This document shows, one piece after another, positions 15,260-20,000 of a stretch of DNA of 20,000 bases. A program made the position numbers and the translations under genes. A model generated the notes under the pieces. It saw only the letters and a list, made by a program, of their open reading frames with translations, ran no database searches and was not told the origin of the DNA. Every line of letters begins with the position of its first letter. Position 1 is the first letter of the stretch. Source of the DNA: an uncultured virus (IMG/VR IMGVR_UViG_3300024935_000002) (lineage: Duplodnaviria > Heunggongvirae > Uroviricota > Caudoviricetes); the IMG/VR virus record IMGVR_UViG_3300024935_000002; one strand, written 5' to 3'.

Positions 15260-15635
15260 CGAGTTCACTGTCATCGAGGCCATCGACCACATGCGGGAAC
15301 TCATTGAAGCGGAGCTACGTGCGCCGCGTAAGCCCTTTGTTCTGGTCATCCCGCCGCAACTTGCCGTGGACATGGCCCGCGAGGTGGACCGTACTGCCAT
15401 CGCCGAATTCACGCGTGACGAGGACGGGGTAGCCCTGGTGCGAGTCCTCCAAGTGCGCGACCGCGATGCGCTGACCGATGGCGAACGGGATTTGTTGGGG
15501 TTCGTGAACGGATTGCACTTCACCGAGTTGAAGCCGATCAGCCCCCTCGTGTATCGCGCCCCGCGCCTCAATCCCAAAGACCACATGGCCCACCTTCGCA
15601 AGGTTACGGGCCAGGACTGGAGGGGCCGCCGATGA
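15252..15635 (+). CDS. Hypothetical protein
   Basis: GGAGG RBS before ATG 15252. Confidence 0.7.
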   Translation: MNDEFTVIEAIDHMRELIEAELRAPRKPFVLVIPPQLAVDMAREVDRTAIAEFTRDEDGVALVRVLQVRDRDALTDGERDLLGFVNGLHFTELKPISPLVYRAPRLNPKDHMAHLRKVTGQDWRGRR

Positions 15636-15964
15636 GCGAAACCGTGGACCCACAGCGCGCCGTCGATTTCCTCATCGAGCACTCGCGCAAATACGCCCAG
15701 GCCAAGGCCGACCGCGTGCACCTGGAGCACTTCCGCAAGAGCAAGAAGGCGCTGCTGATGAACGCCTGCCAGGAAAAAGCCGTGGCGGCCCGCGAGCAGT
15801 ACGCCTACAGCCACCCCGAATACATCGCGCTGCTCGAAGGCCTGCGCGAGGCCGTGCGCGTGGAGGAAGCACTGCGCTGGCGCCTGACCGCCGCACAGCT
15901 CCGTGTTGAGGTGTGGCGCAGCGAGAACGCCAACAACCGCCGCTTGGAAGGAGCCACCCGGTGA
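15632..15964 (+). CDS. Helical phage protein, possibly UvsY-like
   Basis: ATGA overlap; YAQAKA...REQYAYSHPEY...VWRSENAN. The family assignment is tentative. Confidence 0.65.
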   Translation: MSETVDPQRAVDFLIEHSRKYAQAKADRVHLEHFRKSKKALLMNACQEKAVAAREQYAYSHPEYIALLEGLREAVRVEEALRWRLTAAQLRVEVWRSENANNRRLEGATR

Positions 15965-16218
15965 CAGAGAACGAGAAGACCCTGGCCCGCGCTCTGGCCG
16001 CGTGCTGCTTCAAGCCCGGCATCGGTACCAAGCGCTTCGCCAAGGACATGGCAGCACGCGCCGCGCTGCCCGATGCCCAGGCGCTCACGCCCGCCCAGCG
16101 CCGCTACCTGCTCACGGCCACCGTGCGGTACCGCCGTCAGATTGCCGGTGACGTGGTGGCCCTGGCCGAACGCGAGCTGGAGGCAGATGCCCTGTCCGAT
16201 GGGGGTGTGCCGTGCTGA
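15961..16218 (+). CDS. Hypothetical protein
   Basis: AAGGAG RBS; GTG 15961 overlaps the upstream stop. Confidence 0.7.
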   Translation: MTENEKTLARALAACCFKPGIGTKRFAKDMAARAALPDAQALTPAQRRYLLTATVRYRRQIAGDVVALAERELEADALSDGGVPC

Positions 16219-16742
16219 CCCGTCGTACCCCCCTCAAGCGCACGGCCATGGCCCGCACGATATTCAAGACCCGTTCCCTAGGTCCATCGGTCTTCATGCT
16301 TCGGGACCAGCGCCTGGAAGAACGCGCAGCGCGCGCCATGGCTTCGGCCACTCCGCGAGCTTCGGTGATTGCCTGCGCGGTCGCCTGCTCCACTCCCGTG
16401 CTCAAAGACACCCCGCTGCGCAGCGAGAAATACCGCCGCGCCGTGGCCAGCCTGCCGTGCGCGCACTGCCAGGTCGCAGGCTACAGCCAGCACGCCCACG
16501 AGAACGCGGGCAAGGGCAAAGGCCAGAAGGTGGACGACCGCCGCGCCATGCCCCTGTGCTGCACCCGCCCCGGCATCGAGGGCTGCCACGTTGCTTTCGA
16601 CCAGTACCGCCTGGTGACCGGTGGCCGTGAGGCGCATGTGGCACTGGGCCGCGCCATGGCTGCCCAGACCCGCCACCAGCTCAACACCATGGGCCTTTGG
16701 CCCGCAGGAATCCCGCAGTTCACCGAAGACGAGGAAGCATGA
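16212..16742 (+). CDS. His-Me finger putative nuclease (DUF968/DUF1364-like)
   Basis: RSEKYRRAVASLPCAHC...HAH...GKG.G.K.DD...PLC...CH..FD. Confidence 0.75.
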   Translation: MLTRRTPLKRTAMARTIFKTRSLGPSVFMLRDQRLEERAARAMASATPRASVIACAVACSTPVLKDTPLRSEKYRRAVASLPCAHCQVAGYSQHAHENAGKGKGQKVDDRRAMPLCCTRPGIEGCHVAFDQYRLVTGGREAHVALGRAMAAQTRHQLNTMGLWPAGIPQFTEDEEA

Positions 16743-17341
16743 CCGAAACCACCCAGCAACAGATTGCCACCCCAGGGGCTGAGCCCATCGAGCCCACGAA
16801 GCCGATCCCGAGCACGGAGCGCGTGTACTGCGCGGTGCGCGACCTGCGGAGTGTGGATCAGATCGCCACGCGCGAGACGGTGGCCGAGCTCACCGGGCTG
16901 AAACTGTCCATCGTGGACGACCGCCTGCGCGCGCTGGTCGATGACAACCGCCTCAAGCGCCTGCTGCGTGGCATTTACGAGCTGGTGGAGACTTACCCGC
17001 CAAAGCGCAACATCAGCAAGACGATCCTGGATAGCGGCTACGTGATGATCGAAATCACGGGCCGCAAGGGCGTCCCCGATGTCGTGCTCCACCTGACGCC
17101 GGACGAGGACCGTGCCCTGTCCATGCTGTCCGTGGGCTCTGCGGGGCAGGCCATCCTCATCAACAGCACCAACCAGCACCTCTATCTGGCGACCGAGCTG
17201 GCGGCCAAGGTGGAGGCGCAGGGCCGCGAGCTGAAATCCATGCGCGATTTGCTGCAAGGGAAGCTGGACGCGCGCCAGCAGGATCTGTTGGGCTTCACCG
17301 GCCCCGAAGACGCCGTTTTTCGTGAAGGGACCAAGGCATGA
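16739..17341 (+). CDS. Winged-helix protein, candidate late regulator
   Basis: GAGG RBS; ATRETVAELTGLKLSIVDDRLRALVDD..LKR..RGIY. Confidence 0.7.
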   Translation: MTETTQQQIATPGAEPIEPTKPIPSTERVYCAVRDLRSVDQIATRETVAELTGLKLSIVDDRLRALVDDNRLKRLLRGIYELVETYPPKRNISKTILDSGYVMIEITGRKGVPDVVLHLTPDEDRALSMLSVGSAGQAILINSTNQHLYLATELAAKVEAQGRELKSMRDLLQGKLDARQQDLLGFTGPEDAVFREGTKA

Positions 17342-18054
17342 ACACGCTGATGACCATGGCCGCAGGCCAGCCACTGACGATGAGCACGCGGGAGATCGCC
17401 GCGCTCACGGGCAAGGAGCACCGCAACGTGCTGCGCGATGCGCGCGCCATGCTGGTGGAACTTCACGGCCCCCGGGGGGTGCTCAAATTTGAGCAGACCC
17501 ACCGTGACATCCAGAACGGACAGCTTTACCCCATCCTGGCGCTGCCCAAGCACGAAACGCTGGTGCTGGTGTCCGGCTACAGCCTGCAGCTGCGCAGCCG
17601 CATCATTGCTCGCTGGCAGGAGCTGGAGGATGGGCAGGGCGTCCCCAAGACCTTCGCCCAGGCCCTGCGCCTGGCTGCCGAGCAGCAGGAGCAGATTGAA
17701 CTGCAGCAGGCCGCGCTGGAGGCAGCCCGCCCGAAGGTGGTGTACGCCGACGCCATGCTGAACTCGGACGGCACGGTGCTGGTCCGTGACGCGGCCAAAA
17801 CCATCGGCGTGCCCGTGCGCAAGCTGGAGAAGGCTTTGCGCCAGAAGGGCGTGATCCTGCCCGACAACGCCCCGGCCGCGCGCTACGTGGCCCAAGGCTA
17901 CTTCAAGGAATCGCTGCACACCTTCGACACGAACACGCGCGGGCGCCAGCTCAGCCGCGTGGCGCGCGTGACCGGGCGGGGCCTAGAGTTCCTGCGCCGG
18001 TTTGTGGAGCGCCATGCTGATCTGTTCTCCCAAGCGCCGCGTGCGAGCGTTTGA
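17338..18054 (+). CDS. Rha-family / ANT (KilAC) antirepressor-like protein
   Basis: TMSTREIAALTGKEHRNVLRD, LVSGYS..LR..II.RWQELE, PKTFAQALRLAAE, PKV.YAD, VTGRGLEFL. Confidence 0.9.
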   Translation: MNTLMTMAAGQPLTMSTREIAALTGKEHRNVLRDARAMLVELHGPRGVLKFEQTHRDIQNGQLYPILALPKHETLVLVSGYSLQLRSRIIARWQELEDGQGVPKTFAQALRLAAEQQEQIELQQAALEAARPKVVYADAMLNSDGTVLVRDAAKTIGVPVRKLEKALRQKGVILPDNAPAARYVAQGYFKESLHTFDTNTRGRQLSRVARVTGRGLEFLRRFVERHADLFSQAPRASV

Positions 18055-18075
18055 AAAAAGAAATACGGAAAACAG

Positions 18076-18109
18076 TTGACTGAGTTGATTTGGGTAATAC
18101 ATAATTCAA
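18076..18109 (+). promoter_or_regulatory. Sigma70 promoter with overlapping palindrome for the accessory cassette
   Basis: AT-rich gap; TTGACT-N18-CATAAT; imperfect palindrome at 18085-18109. Confidence 0.65.
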
Positions 18110-18136
18110 TCACACCAACCCCAAGGAGTGATTGAA

Positions 18137-18460
18137 ATGGAAATGCAAATTGGCAAGGGCCGCGACGGCTGGGAAGCAAAGACCGCTATCGAAATGGGAG
18201 CGGCAAACCGCGTGCTGATCGTGAGCACTGGCAAGACGAATGGCGGAATGGTCACGCGCGCAGTGGTCAACACCGACAACAAAGACGGGTTCCTGACCTG
18301 GGATATGTTTGGCGACTACAGCGCCCGCACGGTCTACAAGGGCGCGCGCTGCACTGAAAAGACGGTGCGCGAGCTGCACCAGTTGGCCCTGAGCAAGATC
18401 GAGGAAACCCTGGCCGCCGCGCGCGCCCACTACGCGGCCAAGGAAGGCGCCGCAGCATGA
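18137..18460 (+). CDS. Hypothetical protein, 107 aa
   Basis: AAGGAG RBS 8 nt before ATG 18137. Confidence 0.8.
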   Translation: MEMQIGKGRDGWEAKTAIEMGAANRVLIVSTGKTNGGMVTRAVVNTDNKDGFLTWDMFGDYSARTVYKGARCTEKTVRELHQLALSKIEETLAAARAHYAAKEGAAA

Positions 18461-18720
18461 ACAAACAACGCCGCACCAAACTGGCCGAGCTGCGCGACCG
18501 CATGAGCGAGCTGCAGGATCAAGCCAGCACGCTCATGACCGACCTGCAGGATGTTCTCAACGAGGAACAGGACTACCTGGACAACATGCCAGAGAGCCTG
18601 CAGGAGGGGGAGAAGGGTCAGAAGGCCCAAGCCGCCATCGACCTCATGGAAAACATCATCAGCGGTATCACCGAGTTCACCGACCTGGACACCGATGATC
18701 TCGACGCAGCCGCGGAGTGA
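18457..18720 (+). CDS. Small acidic helical protein
   Basis: ATGA overlap; MNKQRR...EEQDYLDNMPESLQ.GEKG; about 22 D/E versus 8 K/R. Confidence 0.85.
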   Translation: MNKQRRTKLAELRDRMSELQDQASTLMTDLQDVLNEEQDYLDNMPESLQEGEKGQKAQAAIDLMENIISGITEFTDLDTDDLDAAAE

Positions 18721-18731
18721 AGGAGCCCGCC

Positions 18732-19046
18732 ATGCCTATCGACTTCTCAAACCTGTTCAACGCCGCCCGCGAGCAGATCGCGGAGCGCATCCAGAACATC
18801 CGCGATGACCGGCACAACTTTTACACCCAGGAAGACCTGGAATCCGCCGAGCTGGAGCGGTCCCGCATCGAGCAGGAAATCGCCGCCGTGACCAAGACGC
18901 TTGATCTTGCGAGCGTGGCCTGTGCTGCCCTGGAGAACATCATGTTGGACCCCAAGGCCCGCAACGCCATGACCACCGGGGACCAGCAAGGCCGGGACAA
19001 ACTGGCCGACGAGCTGCGCGCCCACCTTGACGCCATTGGAGCTTGA
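18732..19046 (+). CDS. Hypothetical acidic helical protein
   Basis: AAGGAG RBS before ATG 18732. Confidence 0.75.
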   Translation: MPIDFSNLFNAAREQIAERIQNIRDDRHNFYTQEDLESAELERSRIEQEIAAVTKTLDLASVACAALENIMLDPKARNAMTTGDQQGRDKLADELRAHLDAIGA

Positions 19047-19050
19047 CACC

Positions 19051-19548
19051 ATGACCATCACCCACACATCCACACGCCTCACGCATCGCGCCAACGGCAA
19101 TGCCAACAGCTACACCCTGCTGGACGACCAGGGCGAGTGGTTCATGAGCATGCTGGTGAACGGCAGACAGATGGAAGCCCGCCAGCAGGCCAACCTGCGC
19201 CGCTTGGCCGCGTGCTGGAACGCTTGCGAGGGAATCAGCACCGAAGCCCTGGAGACTGGGCCGGGCATGCTGGCCGCATTCCAGAGCGAGCAGGACCGCG
19301 CCGATAGAGCCGAGCGCACCCTGGAGCAAGCCCAACCCACCGGCCAGCGCCACTACGCCGTGACCGGCCGCCTGCGCGGCGACGATGAGGACACCCTGTT
19401 GCTGCTGACCGCCGAGAACCACGACCAAGCCGCCGAGGGGTTCAAGACCGAGTTGCGCGCCATCCGCAACGTGGACCCAGATGATCCGTACAGCGCCGAA
19501 ATCTTCATCGGCGCCGTGGTGTGGAGCGCCACGCCCATCCAGGAATGA
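19051..19548 (+). CDS. Hypothetical two-module phage protein
   Basis: GGAG RBS; contains the ANLRRLAACWNACEGISTEALE module seen in phage proteins. Confidence 0.75.
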   Translation: MTITHTSTRLTHRANGNANSYTLLDDQGEWFMSMLVNGRQMEARQQANLRRLAACWNACEGISTEALETGPGMLAAFQSEQDRADRAERTLEQAQPTGQRHYAVTGRLRGDDEDTLLLLTAENHDQAAEGFKTELRAIRNVDPDDPYSAEIFIGAVVWSATPIQE

Positions 19549-19572
19549 CTGCCACCCAGTAGGATTGCGCCC

Positions 19573-19758
19573 ATGACGACCGAGAGCAAACCCAAGCGCC
19601 CACCCAACGACCGAGGCCAGGGCCGAAAGCCCAAGCCCGCCGAAGAGCTCAAGGTTGTTGTGCCACTACGCCTGAGCCCAGCGCACAAGGCAAAGCTCAA
19701 AGCCCTGGGCGGCGCCGAGTGGGTGCGTACCAAGCTGGACGAGCTACCAGACCAGTAA
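19573..19758 (+). CDS. Small ribbon-helix-helix-like DNA-binding protein
   Basis: Basic RGQGRKP arm, VVVPLRL strand, then helices SPAHKAKLKALGG and AEWVRTKLD. Confidence 0.7.
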   Translation: MTTESKPKRPPNDRGQGRKPKPAEELKVVVPLRLSPAHKAKLKALGGAEWVRTKLDELPDQ

Positions 19759-19839
19759 CCCACACCACCCCCAGGCCGCCCACTGCGCGGCCCAGCATAG
19801 GGTTAGGCCAATCCCCCATGCCCCGGAAGACTCCCGGGC

Positions 19840-20000
19840 ATGGCCAAACCCCCAGCGGGCAAGAAGTCCGCACCCCCCAGTAAGAAGACCCCCACCAAGC
19901 CTGCAGCCCCCAAGAAGGCCGCAGGCTCAGTCACGCCTGCGCGCAAGGCAGCACCGGCCAAGAAGGCGCCCGCAGCAAGCGCCAAGCCTCCAAAGGCTGC
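19840..20000 (+). CDS. K/A/P-rich N-terminus of probable terminase small subunit (truncated)
   Basis: Not in the ORF track; MAKPPAGKKSAPPSKKTPTKPAAPKKAAGS... open to the edge. Identity is inferred from position. Confidence 0.5.
   Translation, partial: MAKPPAGKKSAPPSKKTPTKPAAPKKAAGSVTPARKAAPAKKAPAASAKPPKA

Larger units (their letters stand above)
1..20000. mobile_element. Temperate lambdoid phage/prophage: early-left, immunity, replication and nin regions
   Basis: Divergent cI/cro pair, ERF plus exonuclease, iteron-containing initiator, Rha/ANT and dense overlapping small ORFs. No host housekeeping genes. Boundaries lie outside the window. Confidence 0.96.

Noticed and set aside
19560..19575. 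TAGGAT as a leaderless -10 for the RHH gene
   Set aside because: No -35, and AGGA works equally well as an RBS.
11447..19985. Long minus-strand ORFs over the rightward operon (e.g. 11950-13311, 14364-15290)
   Set aside because: Antisense shadows with no motifs or RBSs.

Overview
A GC-rich (pro)phage segment with lambdoid layout; the host is probably a betaproteobacterium (Comamonadaceae-like, inferred). Positions 1-10100 form a leftward early operon: a long structured leader after PL, then a lipoprotein, small membrane and Zn-finger proteins, an ASCH-like protein, an ERF/exonuclease recombination module, a YfdP/YfdQ-like pair, a HicA-fold-like protein and a J-domain protein. The central immunity switch has an S24 cI repressor and cro, mirror-image AACAnnTGTT operators, and a signal-peptide HNH gene in the rexAB position. 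The rightward operon holds an O-like initiator with six 23-bp iterons, a P-like protein, a stand-alone LexA-type DNA-binding domain, nin-type nucleases and a Rha/ANT antirepressor. A separately promoted cassette of small genes ending in an RHH regulator (acr/aca-like architecture) follows, then the start of a probable terminase small subunit. No N, Q, integrase, tRNA or CRISPR array was recognised. Protein family calls come from motifs recognised by eye, not from database searches.
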